DNA from: Planctomycetota bacterium
GTDB lineage: Bacteria > Planctomycetota > Phycisphaerae > Phycisphaerales > UBA1924
Length of the DNA: 64,000 nucleotides
NCBI GenBank assembly: GCA_024276195.1
Contig: JAJRXR010000031.1
Location: forward strand, 4,473 to 68,472
Reading direction: 5' to 3'
A program made the translations under genes and the position numbers. Below are positions 7,779 to 18,677 of this stretch, piece after piece. The first letter of the stretch is position 1, and each line of letters opens with the position of its first letter. Below the pieces are notes generated by a model. That model saw only the letters and a list, made by a program, of their open reading frames with translations. It was not told the DNA's origin and did not search any database.

Positions 7779-9062
7779 ATGCCGACCGCCCAACCCGCCC
7801 CTTGGTTCGACGCCCACCTGGATCTGGCCTATCTGGCCGAGAAGGGGCGCGACATGCACGCCCCGCTGGACGACTGCCGAGGCCCGCTCCAGCCCGCGAG
7901 CGTCACGCTCCCCTCGCTCCGCGATGGCGATGTCCGCGCCTGCCTGGGCACGATCTTCACCGAGGGCGTTCAAGACCCGACTGCTCACGACGCCGAGACG
8001 GGGGCGCATGTCTATGCCCTGGGCGACGCCGAAGGCGCCTACCGCGCCGGCATGCGCCAGCTCAAACTCTACAACGCCTGGGCGGGCGCGGGCGTGATCG
8101 AACTCATGCCCTGCAAACCGCAGGACTCCAGTCCTGCGGCTTTCAACAACGCCTCTTCCTCCCTCTCCCCAGCGGGACGTGTCGCCAGTAGCGGGGCTCC
8201 GTCTTCATCCTCGCCTTCCTCCCTCTCCCCCTTGGGGAGAGGGCGGGGTGAGGGGTCTTCCTCCTCTTCCTCCTCTTCCTCTTCCTTGCCTTCCTCCCTC
8301 TCCCCTCCTGGGGAGAGGGCCGGGGTGAGGGGCTCTTCTTCTCCCTCCCCCCTCCGCCTCGGCGTCCTCGTCGAGTGCGCCGACCCCATCCCCTCGCCCG
8401 ACGAACTCCCCGAGTGGGACGAGCAGGGCGTTGTCGCCATCGGCATGGCCTGGTGGCACGAGTCCCGCTACGCCGGCGGCAACGGGACCGACAACCTCGG
8501 ACTCACCGACCTCGGGCGCGCCCTCATCCCCGCCATGGACGCGCTCGCCGTCGTCCACGACCTCTCGCACCTCTCCCAGCGCGCAACCGACGAACTGCTC
8601 ACCCTGACCGACGCTCCGGTCATTGCCAGCCACTCCAACTGCCGCTCGCTGCTCGGGGGCGAGGCCAACCCGCAGCACCTGCGCCATCTCAGCGACGACA
8701 CCATCCGCGAGATCGCCCGGCGCGGCGGCGTCATCGGCCTCAACCTCATCCGCAACTTCATCCGCACAGGCCTCGACCGCAACAACCCGTCCGACCGCCC
8801 CAGCGCCGACGATGCCGTCGCCCACGTCGAGCACATCTGCGAACTGGTGGGCGATCGGCGCTGCGTCGGGCTCGGCTCCGACATGGACGGCGGCATCACC
8901 GCCAACGACCTGCCCGCCGCCATCAACACCCCCAGCGACCTGACCAAACTCACCGACGCCCTGCGCGCCCGCGGCTGGAACGCCGACGACCTCGCCGCCT
9001 TCCGCTACGACAACTGGATTCGCTTCTGGGGCGTCAAATCAGATCACTTGGAGCAAGCCTGA
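7779..9062 (+). CDS. membrane (renal-type, M19) dipeptidase carrying a ~75-aa low-complexity insert
   Basis: FDAHLDL at the N-terminus, VHDLSHLS, VIASHSNCRSL and GLGSDMDG match the M19 metal-ligand regions. The Ser/Pro/Gly-rich insert is encoded by REP palindromes at 8119-8333. Confidence 0.8.
   Translation: MPTAQPAPWFDAHLDLAYLAEKGRDMHAPLDDCRGPLQPASVTLPSLRDGDVRACLGTIFTEGVQDPTAHDAETGAHVYALGDAEGAYRAGMRQLKLYNAWAGAGVIELMPCKPQDSSPAAFNNASSSLSPAGRVASSGAPSSSSPSSLSPLGRGRGEGSSSSSSSSSSLPSSLSPPGERAGVRGSSSPSPLRLGVLVECADPIPSPDELPEWDEQGVVAIGMAWWHESRYAGGNGTDNLGLTDLGRALIPAMDALAVVHDLSHLSQRATDELLTLTDAPVIASHSNCRSLLGGEANPQHLRHLSDDTIREIARRGGVIGLNLIRNFIRTGLDRNNPSDRPSADDAVAHVEHICELVGDRRCVGLGSDMDGGITANDLPAAINTPSDLTKLTDALRARGWNADDLAAFRYDNWIRFWGVKSDHLEQA
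8119..8140. repeat. short perfect hairpin inside the dipeptidase insert
   Basis: ccgcaggac-tcca-gtcctgcgg, a 9-bp stem. Confidence 0.8.
8214..8255. repeat. REP-like palindromic element, copy A
   Basis: ccctctcccc(8221-8230)-ctt-ggggagaggg(8234-8243), followed by cggggtgagggg. A left-arm-only half copy sits at 8153-8170. Confidence 0.85.
8289..8333. repeat. REP-like palindromic element, copy B
   Basis: ccctctcccc(8296-8305)-tcct-ggggagaggg(8310-8319)-ccggggtgaggggctc. Nearly identical to 18575..18618. Confidence 0.9.
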
Positions 9063-9356
9063 GACGGATCGCCAAGCAATGACTGTGGCACTGCCCGTGA
9101 TCAAGAACAGCACGAGATAAAGCAGATACACGAGGGCGCCCGCCCGTCTCATGACTGCACGGACGAGGCCGGCAATCGCCAAGGCGTCGAAGACGAACCA
9201 ACAGACGAGCAGCAAGAACACGACAGAAAACTGAGTTCTTCCGAGCTTTCCTTGCGCTGCGCCGACTGAGTAAAGAACCTCCAGTACCGCAAAGAACAGT
9301 GCAACAAGAACCAATCGCGATACCAGAGCGAGGTTGGCGTCTGGCTTGCTGGGCAT
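9039..9356 (-). CDS. hypothetical polytopic membrane protein
   Basis: 105 aa with three or four hydrophobic helices. Codon usage has lower G+C than the neighbouring genes. Confidence 0.45.
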   Translation of the reverse strand: MPSKPDANLALVSRLVLVALFFAVLEVLYSVGAAQGKLGRTQFSVVFLLLVCWFVFDALAIAGLVRAVMRRAGALVYLLYLVLFLITGSATVIAWRSVSGLLQVI

Positions 9357-9359
9357 TCG

Positions 9360-10334
9360 TCAGCGTATCGCACTCTCGGAGTTCGCCTCATCCTCGCGGC
9401 ACACCCCGCACCATACGCTCGCCGGTCCGATCGCCAGCGTCATCCCCGAATCCGGCGCCGGGGGCAGCATCGCCAAGCGGTTCAACATCCGGCTCTGGAA
9501 CCGATCCGGGTACGTCTTGGACCCCGTGTCCCGCAGCGCGTCGGGGTAATCCTTCTGCAGGCGGCGCTGGATCTGGCCCAGGCGCGTCTCGGGGTAGGGG
9601 TGTGTAGACAGAAACTCGGGCTGGCGCTGCGAGTTGCTCGCGGCATCGGCAAGAATCCCCATCGCCTCGTACGCCCCGTACGGGTTGTACCCCGCCCGGT
9701 TCATGTACCGCATCCCGAGCGCGTCGGCCTCGCTCTCCTGGTCTCGCCCGAACTTGAGCAGGTATGCCCCGGTTCCTGCGCCAACCAGCGACGGCAAGCC
9801 ATACTTGATCACGTCCCGGTCCGACATCTGCGCCCCGACCGCGACCGCCGCGACCGCGCCGCTGAGAACCATCTGACGGCTTATCCGCTCGTTGACGTGG
9901 CGCGCCGTCACATGCCCGACCTCGTGCCCCATCACGAACGCCAGCTCCGCCTCCGAGTCCATCTTCTCGGCCAGCCCCCGCGAAACAAACACCTTCCCCC
10001 CGGGCAGCGCAAACGCGTTGAGCACGTCCGAGTCGAGCAGCGTGAACTCCCAGGGCAGGCTCGCATAGTCCGACTCCGTCTGTGCGCTCAGGCCTTGCCC
10101 GATGTTCGTGAAGTACGAGTTGACCCTGGCGTCACCGATCGAGCCGCCGTACTCGCTCGTGAGCTGGCTCTTGGCCTGATCGCCGAGCGCGATCTCCTGC
10201 GACCGGCTCAACAGGTTCAGTTGTGATCGCCCGGTCGCCGGGTTCGTTGAGCACCCGAGCTGGGAGCCGACAAGCAGGGCGCCCGTAAGGGCGAGCGCGA
10301 TCCGGATCGGGTTCATTCGTGCGTTCATGGTCAT
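9360..10334 (-). CDS. M48-family zinc metallopeptidase lipoprotein
   Basis: Signal peptide plus lipobox (LVGSQLGCS). HEVGH motif (FVMGHEVGHVTARH) with downstream ESEAD glutamate. Confidence 0.85.
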   Translation of the reverse strand: MTMNARMNPIRIALALTGALLVGSQLGCSTNPATGRSQLNLLSRSQEIALGDQAKSQLTSEYGGSIGDARVNSYFTNIGQGLSAQTESDYASLPWEFTLLDSDVLNAFALPGGKVFVSRGLAEKMDSEAELAFVMGHEVGHVTARHVNERISRQMVLSGAVAAVAVGAQMSDRDVIKYGLPSLVGAGTGAYLLKFGRDQESEADALGMRYMNRAGYNPYGAYEAMGILADAASNSQRQPEFLSTHPYPETRLGQIQRRLQKDYPDALRDTGSKTYPDRFQSRMLNRLAMLPPAPDSGMTLAIGPASVWCGVCREDEANSESAIR

Positions 10335-10396
10335 GCTCCGTGCATCGCGCCCGCCGCCCGAGGGCGCCCCCCTGCGGAGCTACCATTGGGCGCCAG

Positions 10397-11212
10397 ATGC
10401 CAACGACCGAGCCTAGCACGACCACCCCCTCCGCGCCCGCCCCCGATGCGCCCGCGTGGCAGGGCCAATCGCTCGATAGCGTCCACACCCGGGGCGACAA
10501 AGCCCCGCGCGTCCGGGCCATGTTCGCCGCCATCGCCCCGTCCTATGACCTGAACAACCGCCTCCACTCGTTCGGGCGTGACCAGGCCTGGCGCCGCGCC
10601 GCCGTCAAAGCCGCCGCGATCCGTCCCGCCGACCGCGTCCTCGACGTCGCCTGCGGCACCGGCGACCTCACCCAGGCCCTTGCCAAAACCGACGCGAGCG
10701 AAGTCGTCGGCCTCGACTTCACCCGCCAGATGCTCGACATCGCAGAGTCAAAGCAGAAACGCCTCAGCCCCGAGCAGTCAACGAAGATCACTTATAGAGA
10801 AGGCGATGCCCAGGCCCTCCCCTTCGACGATGCCTCCTTCGACGCGCTGACCATCGCCTTCGGCATCCGCAACGTCCAGCACCCGCCCCAGGCCCTGCGC
10901 GAGTTCGCCCGCGTCCTCAAGCCGGGCGGGCGACTGGTGATCCTCGAGTTCGACCGCCCGCGCTTCGCCCCGGTCCGCTGGGGCAATGACCTGTATTGCA
11001 AGTGGATCATGCCCCGGACCGCCGCGTTCATCAGCCGCGACCGCTCCGGCGCCTACGCCTATCTCCCCAAGAGCGTCGCTCAGTTCATGGACCGGGGCGA
11101 GCTGGGGCGTGCCATCCTCGGCGCCGGCTTCGCAGAGCTGGTCCAGCGCCCGCTGACGCTGGGTGTCTGCGTCTGCCACAGCGCCGTGCGTGACGCTTCG
11201 AGCGTCCAATAA
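10397..11212 (+). CDS. ubiE: demethylmenaquinone / ubiquinone C-methyltransferase
   Basis: Internal ATG at 10397. MFAAIAPSYDLNNRLHSFGRDQAWRR, SAM motif LDVACGTGD and ITIAFGIRNV match the UbiE/MenG signature. Confidence 0.9.
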   Translation: MPTTEPSTTTPSAPAPDAPAWQGQSLDSVHTRGDKAPRVRAMFAAIAPSYDLNNRLHSFGRDQAWRRAAVKAAAIRPADRVLDVACGTGDLTQALAKTDASEVVGLDFTRQMLDIAESKQKRLSPEQSTKITYREGDAQALPFDDASFDALTIAFGIRNVQHPPQALREFARVLKPGGRLVILEFDRPRFAPVRWGNDLYCKWIMPRTAAFISRDRSGAYAYLPKSVAQFMDRGELGRAILGAGFAELVQRPLTLGVCVCHSAVRDASSVQ

Positions 11213-11453
11213 CGAGCGACGGTCAGAGGCGTAGCCCCATTCTCGGACCGCCCGCGCGTCCAATAACGCCCCGATCGCGCAGCTTCTGCCGCGATCCGTC
11301 CCACACTTCCCGGTGCTCACGCTCGTCCGCGGACGCGCTCGATACCTCACCTGTCGCGGGCGAGGTCGCACCGCGAGCCGGGGGCTGGGAGGCGCCCGGG
11401 AACATCAACGACGCATCACCCCCAAAGCCGGGGATCGCAGGGAGTCCCAAGCC

Positions 11454-12167
11454 ATGAGCCGAGACATCGTCACCGAACGCTTCTTCGAGACCATCGTCAG
11501 CGGCGCCCGCCCCGAGGCCCGGCGCATCATCGAAGAACAAACCCACCTGGGCGTCTCCGCCCAATCCCTCATCACCGACCTCTTCTGGCCCACCTACGAC
11601 ATGATCGAGAAGCTCAACCGCCAGGACCAGATCACGCCCATGGGCTACCACCTCTCCACCCGCCTCCTCCGCGTCATCGTCGATCAGAACGCCAGCGCCC
11701 TGCTCTCTCGCGTCGAGACGCCCCCGGTCGGGCGCTCCGTATTCGCCGCCTGCGGCCCCGACGAGGGCTCCGAACTCGGCGCCCAGATGGGCGTTGACCT
11801 GCTCGAAGCCCACGGCTTCCGCGTCCGCTTCTCCGGAGGCGGCGTCCCCGCCGACGAGATCCAGAACCTCGTCCAGAACGACCGCCCCGACGTGCTCCTC
11901 CTGTTCTGCTCGGCCCCCTCGGATCTGCCCCACATCCGCATGATCATCGACAACCTCCACGAGGTCGGCGCTTGCGAGGGCACGCAGATCGCCGTGGGCG
12001 GCGGGGTCTTCAACCGCGCCGATGGCTTGGCCGAGGAGATCGGAGCCGATCTCTGGGCCACCGAGCCGCTCGAACTCGTCCAGATGCTCCTCGAAGAGCC
12101 CGAGACCCGCGCCACCGAGGACCAGCGCACCGTCGGACGCAAGCGCCGCCTGCCCAAGGCCGCCTGA
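11454..12167 (+). CDS. stand-alone cobalamin-binding protein (B12-binding_2 helical cap plus Rossmann B12-binding domain), no DNA-binding domain
   Basis: Internal ATG at 11454 preceded by gggag. The C-terminal half aligns by eye to the B12-binding fold (VFAACGPDEGSELGAQMGVDLLEAHGFRV...PDVLLLFCS...IAVGGG). Confidence 0.65.
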   Translation: MSRDIVTERFFETIVSGARPEARRIIEEQTHLGVSAQSLITDLFWPTYDMIEKLNRQDQITPMGYHLSTRLLRVIVDQNASALLSRVETPPVGRSVFAACGPDEGSELGAQMGVDLLEAHGFRVRFSGGGVPADEIQNLVQNDRPDVLLLFCSAPSDLPHIRMIIDNLHEVGACEGTQIAVGGGVFNRADGLAEEIGADLWATEPLELVQMLLEEPETRATEDQRTVGRKRRLPKAA

Positions 12168-12189
12168 CCCGCTGCAAAGGCCATCCCTG

Positions 12190-12232
12190 CCGGCGGTCCG
12201 GGAACCTACCCACCCGGGCCGCCGGTCTTTCG
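12190..12232 (+). terminator. hairpin terminator after the B12-binding gene
   Basis: 12-bp stem ccggcggtccgg/ccgggccgccgg (one G-U pair), 12-nt loop, then tctttcg. Confidence 0.5.
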
Positions 12233-12368
12233 TGTCAGAAACTGCCCCGACCTTTCGGATCACATGAAACGGGGTGGGTGAAGACCCGTACAGATCACTG
12301 GTATCGCTGATTTGTGAGCAACTCTCGCCCGCAAGCCCGGTAGACTTACCCGGCTGACGGAGTACTGC

Positions 12369-12956
12369 ATGGAACGCGCCGAGGAACGACGACTGATCGA
12401 GCTGGCCGCCGAGGGCGACCAGGACGCCGCGTCGGGCATCATCCGCCATCACCAGCAATCGCTCTACGCCTACATGCTCCGCATGTCCGGGCGTCCCGAC
12501 GTCGCCGAGGACATCGTCCAGGAGGCCTTCGTCCGCGTCCTGACCAACCTCCACCGCTTCGACTTCCGCTACCGCTTCAGCACCTGGCTCTTCACCATCG
12601 CCAGGCGCCTCTACCTCAACGCCTGCGCCAAGCACCGCCCGGCCTACGACACCGACATGGTCGGCTCCTGGCGCGGCAAGGACAGCGAGCCCGACGCCCC
12701 CGTCGTCGCCGACGAACAGCAGAGTGTCATGCGCGACACCCTCCAGGTCGCGCTCATGGGCCTCTCGTCCGACCAGCGCGAGGTCGTCATCCTGTTCCAC
12801 CAGCTCGACTGGCCCATCGCGCTCATCGCCCGCCACCTCGAGATGCCCGAGGGCACCGTCAAGAGCCACCTCCACCGCGGGCGCAAGCGTCTGCGCATCC
12901 TCATCGAGTCGCGCCAGGACGCCGCGGATCTTGAGATGCAGGAGGCGCGCCTGTGA
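12369..12956 (+). CDS. ECF (group 4) sigma-70 family factor
   Basis: Region 2 (DIVQEAFVRVL..FDFRYRFSTWLFTIARR) and region 4 (QREVVILFHQLDWPIALIARHLEMPEGTVKSHLHRGRKRL). Confidence 0.9.
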   Translation: MERAEERRLIELAAEGDQDAASGIIRHHQQSLYAYMLRMSGRPDVAEDIVQEAFVRVLTNLHRFDFRYRFSTWLFTIARRLYLNACAKHRPAYDTDMVGSWRGKDSEPDAPVVADEQQSVMRDTLQVALMGLSSDQREVVILFHQLDWPIALIARHLEMPEGTVKSHLHRGRKRLRILIESRQDAADLEMQEARL

Positions 12957-13741
12957 GCTTCGAGGGCGACCAACCGACCCGAGATCTCGACCGAGACGTT
13001 CCTGACGCGCTCGTCGATGCGTTTTTCGATCGCGAGCTCTCGCCCGAGGCCCAGCGCCAGGTTCTGCGTGCTGTCCGCCACGATGCGCACACCCGCGATG
13101 AACTCGAACGAACCGCCGAGGCGCTCGCCTCGCTGCGTGACCAGCCGCTTGCGCCGGACATGACGCGCCAGATCCTGGCCCGGGCCGACTCTCGACGCCG
13201 GTTCCTGCCCAGGCGCCTCCGGCGCATCACGCGCACCGCCCGCCTGGGCGTCTCGGGCGCCGCCCTGCTGGTCCTGCTCGGCGTAGCAACCGCCCAGCGC
13301 GCCTGGCCCGACGCCCTGAGCCTCACCCCCCACGACACGCCCCTGGCCGACGTCAACACCGCCTTCCAGGCCGACGCGATCCAGAGCGCCGCCGCCCTCC
13401 GGGCCGGCGTCGATCGGGCTCGGGTCTCTCTGGCTTCCTTCCCGCAACGCGCCCACCCCCAGCGCGCCCACCCCGTCGGCTTCGTCAGCGTCGAGCACAT
13501 CGGCATCTTCGATGCCCGCTCCCAGCGCGCCTGCCCCTCGGGCGCCATGGTCTCGCTCAACGCCCCGCCCGCGCCCCCGGACTCATCCGAGCGCTCGGCC
13601 CGGCGCGCGTTCAGCGTCACAACGCTTGTCCGCTTCGAGGTCCGCGAGCCGGGCGCGCGCCTCACCCGGTATCTCTCGCCCGGGGCGCCCGAATCCCAGG
13701 GCGAAGAACCCAGCGAAACCCTCCTCGGTGTGCTCCCCTGA
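12953..13741 (+). CDS. putative anti-sigma factor (single-pass membrane protein)
   Basis: The GTG overlaps the sigma-factor stop (GTGA). N-terminal helical region, one central TM (LGVSGAALLVLLGVATA). The call is by position. Confidence 0.5.
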   Translation: MSFEGDQPTRDLDRDVPDALVDAFFDRELSPEAQRQVLRAVRHDAHTRDELERTAEALASLRDQPLAPDMTRQILARADSRRRFLPRRLRRITRTARLGVSGAALLVLLGVATAQRAWPDALSLTPHDTPLADVNTAFQADAIQSAAALRAGVDRARVSLASFPQRAHPQRAHPVGFVSVEHIGIFDARSQRACPSGAMVSLNAPPAPPDSSERSARRAFSVTTLVRFEVREPGARLTRYLSPGAPESQGEEPSETLLGVLP

Positions 13742-13763
13742 CACCTCACGGAACGCACGGGCG

Positions 13764-15377
13764 ATGACCAGGCGGCGCGTGTTCAACCGAGCGTTGCTTC
13801 CGATGCTGGCGCTCATCATTCCGGCGCTCGCGCCCAGCGCCAGCGCCCAGGTTGATGGCGACGCTTGGGATCTGATCGACGCCATGCCCGCAGAGGCGAG
13901 CGTCATCGTTGTGATCGACGATTTGAGCGCCGTCCTCGCCTCGCCCGCGGGCCAGTCCCTCTCGCACGCCATCACCGGCTCCGGGTTCTTCCGCCCGACG
14001 TTCCATCAGTGGTCCGAGCTGGCCGACCGCCTGGGCATGGCGCCGGGCGAGGCGGTCAACACCCTGCTCGGGCGGCGCGTCGTGTTTGTCGGGCGCCATC
14101 TCTCACTCCCGGCGGTGGGGGGGGACGCCCGGGGCGCCTGGGCCATGCTGATCTGGATCCCTGAACGAGTCGAAAAACGCGTCCGCAAGAGCCTCGCGCT
14201 GGCGCCGCGCACCAAGGTCGCGGGCCAGCCCGTGCTCGCCGCCGAGCACGGCGTCTTCTCGCTCGCCCTGTTCATGACCCGCGGCGCCGACGGGCGAGAC
14301 CAGACCATCCTGCTCCTCGCCCCCGCCTCGGACGACTCCATGCTCGAGCCGCTGATCCGGTCTCTCGTCTCGCTCAGCGCCCCAGAAAACTGGGCCAACC
14401 AGGGGCAGGACGCGCCCGACGCGCGAATCCCGGGCATGGACAGCGCCTTCCTTCACGTCTCGGCCAAGACGCCCGACGGCGCAGCGTTCTTACTCGCCGC
14501 CCGCGGGGCGCCCCGCGGCTGGGAGGGCAAGCTGCGCATCGAAAAACCGGGCGACCAGCGCGCCTCGTTCGGCCAGCGCCCCGTCAGCCTCAAACGGTTC
14601 CACGCGCTCGCCCCGGGCGCCCTCGCGCTCGTGATGGAGTCCGCCCCGGACCGGATCGACATGCCCGGAGACTCGGGCCTGCTCGTGAGCACGCTGTTCG
14701 CCGACGTCCCCGAGCGATTTCTCAGGATCATGGGCGGGCGCGCCCTGGTCATGGTCGAGCGGGCCGACCCGGAAATGTCCGGGCTGTGCGTTTCGCTCGC
14801 GTCCGAGGCGACCTATCCGGGCGACCCGGTCGCCGAGGGCGACCGCGCCATCTCCGCCCTCATCAGCCCCGCCCCAGGCTCGGCCCCGCCCGAGGGCGCC
14901 GTCGAGGGCCAGTACCCCATGGCCGTGCGCACCGCCTCGATCAAGACCTCTGGCGCCGGCGTGCTCGGCGCAAAGACGCAAGCCGCCTGGGCCTTCTCGA
15001 CGCCCCGGGAGGACGCCCAGCGCTGGTGGGCCTTGCGCCTCTCGCCCGAGGGCTCGCGCGCCCATCCACCACGCTCACTCCGCCCGTTTGTCGATGCCCT
15101 TGCCGGCGAAACCGCATCCGCCCCGGAGCGGCGCCCCGTCGCGCTCGGGCTCGTGCGCCCGAGCGCCCTGCTCAAGGCGATGGGTGACGGCCCTTGGTCC
15201 GCGCTCCGCCCCGTCGAATCGCTCGCGCAGTTCGAGCGCATCTCATGGTCGCTCGCGCTCGACCCGCCCCCTGAGTTCCCCGAGCGAAAGCGCACCACCG
15301 TTCTGACCGGAACCGTGCAGATCGACATGCGCCTCGGCGAGGGTCTCCCCCTCGGCGCCCCCGGGGGCCAGCCCTAG
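13764..15377 (+). CDS. secreted hypothetical protein
   Basis: Internal ATG at 13764 gives a signal peptide (MTRRRVFNRALLPMLALIIPALAPSASAQ). No family recognised. Confidence 0.5.
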   Translation: MTRRRVFNRALLPMLALIIPALAPSASAQVDGDAWDLIDAMPAEASVIVVIDDLSAVLASPAGQSLSHAITGSGFFRPTFHQWSELADRLGMAPGEAVNTLLGRRVVFVGRHLSLPAVGGDARGAWAMLIWIPERVEKRVRKSLALAPRTKVAGQPVLAAEHGVFSLALFMTRGADGRDQTILLLAPASDDSMLEPLIRSLVSLSAPENWANQGQDAPDARIPGMDSAFLHVSAKTPDGAAFLLAARGAPRGWEGKLRIEKPGDQRASFGQRPVSLKRFHALAPGALALVMESAPDRIDMPGDSGLLVSTLFADVPERFLRIMGGRALVMVERADPEMSGLCVSLASEATYPGDPVAEGDRAISALISPAPGSAPPEGAVEGQYPMAVRTASIKTSGAGVLGAKTQAAWAFSTPREDAQRWWALRLSPEGSRAHPPRSLRPFVDALAGETASAPERRPVALGLVRPSALLKAMGDGPWSALRPVESLAQFERISWSLALDPPPEFPERKRTTVLTGTVQIDMRLGEGLPLGAPGGQP

Positions 15378-16174
15378 CGCCGCCGCCGGGCGCCCAACAT
15401 CGCCCCCCCCAGCCCGAGCAGCGCCAGCCCGCTCGGCGACGGGATCGTCCCGACAAAGTAGTCCAGCTTCACGTTGTCGATACCCCACGACTCATCGACG
15501 AGCCCCTGGTCCGCGGTGCTGAGGAACCCGATCTCCATGATGTCCTCGCCCGCTTCGAGCGTGAAGAACAGGTCGATATTCCGGTAAATCGCGTCGTTCC
15601 AGCCCCCGAACCCGAGGTCCGATCCCCACCGGTCCGGGTCGCGGAAGTTGCTCTGGCTCGGGCGTGTGCTCAGCGACTCGTCAAACAATGTCCGCCCGTT
15701 GATGTCAACGATGATCCGGTCGTCGCCGTACTGCGGGTCGGACCCGTCCCACGAGTCGATCAGGTACAGATCAAAGCGCAGGCGGAACGTCACATCCGCG
15801 CTCGCCTCTGGGCGCGCGGAGATCGGGCGCCCGAACGACTTGATCACCGGGCCTCCGCCGATGTCAGGCCCGCCCGGCCCATCAGGCCCGCCCGGCCCCC
15901 CCGGCCCGTCCGGGCCGCCCGGCCCATCAGGCCCGCCCACGTCGGGCAGCTCGGGCGTCGCCAGACGCAGGGTGACACGCTCATTGCTCAATCGCCCGAG
16001 AAAGCCCGAGAAGTTCCGCCGGGTCGTGTAGGAGTTCTTCGACCACTCGCTCCCGATGTCGGGGCTCGACAGGAACCGGTTCGTATACACCCGGGTCATC
16101 TCTTGCCCGTTGCTCACGCCCCCGGCGCACACCACAACCATCAGCGCCGTCATGGCGCCCTGCTTCGCACTCAT
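15374..16174 (-). CDS. PEP-CTERM-anchored secreted protein with (GPDGPG)n linker
   Basis: N-terminal signal peptide. The C-terminus (IPSPSGLALLGLGGAMLGARRRR) is a PEP-CTERM-type sorting signal. Confidence 0.7.
   Translation of the reverse strand: MSAKQGAMTALMVVVCAGGVSNGQEMTRVYTNRFLSSPDIGSEWSKNSYTTRRNFSGFLGRLSNERVTLRLATPELPDVGGPDGPGGPDGPGGPGGPDGPGGPDIGGGPVIKSFGRPISARPEASADVTFRLRFDLYLIDSWDGSDPQYGDDRIIVDINGRTLFDESLSTRPSQSNFRDPDRWGSDLGFGGWNDAIYRNIDLFFTLEAGEDIMEIGFLSTADQGLVDESWGIDNVKLDYFVGTIPSPSGLALLGLGGAMLGARRRR
15865..15940. repeat. imperfect tandem repeat (unit about ggcccgccc / 18 nt) encoding GPDGPGGP
   Basis: ggcccgcccggcccatca recurs at 15867-15884 and about 15917-15934, with degenerate units between them. 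Confidence 0.8.
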
Positions 16175-16538
16175 TGCGTCACCCCTTGATGTTGTCGTCG
16201 CCCCGAGGACGCGCTCCGCGCCCGCGGGTCGGCGGGTGGGCCGATTGCTCGCCCACTCATGCCAGATTCGGTGCGCTCTCCGAGCGCCGATCCGAGCTTC
16301 CCAGCCCGCCCCCGGGCGTTCAAGACCCTCGCCCTCACTCCGCCAGATTCACCTCACCCGGCGACACCCTGGGCAAGCCCGGCAAACCCGGAAGCGCCTT
16401 ATCGCCCGCGCCCAGATCCGAGAACCATGCCCCCGACTTTCCCGGCGCCGATCCGCCCCGGGCTATCATCCCCCGCGTCCCTCTTTCCACCCGCTCTCCC
16501 GCCGCCCAACGCGAAGAGCCATCCCGACGAGCCAGCCC

Positions 16539-18455
<1,917 letters not shown>

Positions 18456-18574
18456 CCCTTCCCAATGGCTGACGACCTGAGCACGAACCCACCCCTCCGA
18501 GTTTGATTCCTGACCGCCGCCCCGCCCCCGCCTACCATTGCGGCCCGCCGCGGAACGGGTCCCAAGCCGGGGCC

Positions 18575-18618
18575 TTTCCTCCCTCTCCCTCCTGGGGAGA
18601 GGGCCGGGGTGAGGGGCT
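18575..18618. repeat. REP-like palindromic element, copy C (typA-rplU spacer)
   Basis: ttcctccctctccc-tcct-ggggagagggccggggtgaggggctc. By manual alignment it differs from 8289..8333 by a single missing c. Confidence 0.9.
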
Positions 18619-18677
18619 CCGTCGCCTCTCTCCCCTTCCCCGCCCCGACCCCGCGCGAACCAGCCTCGGAGCACCCC

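Noticed and set aside
8069-8446. Minus-strand ORF reading ..PLTPALSPGGEREEGKEEEEEEEEED..
   Set aside because: It is the reverse translation of the REP palindromes and the (gga/gaa)n run inside the dipeptidase gene, not an independent gene.
12201-12228. GGAAC ... cggtct resembling an ECF -35/-10 promoter upstream of the sigma-factor gene
   Set aside because: The GGAAC lies in the loop of the 12-bp-stem terminator hairpin, and the -10-like element is not a clean CGTC. It cannot be supported without transcription-start data.
11223-12875. 550-aa minus-strand ORF spanning the B12-binding and ECF sigma genes
   Set aside because: It is antisense to two recognisable genes and crosses their intergenic terminator. 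Its composition is low-complexity.
15865-15940. Tandem repeats here and at 46137-46377, checked as possible CRISPR arrays
   Set aside because: The units are 9-18 nt with no unique spacers of 25-40 nt. One array is coding and the other is iteron-like. No cas genes are present in the window.
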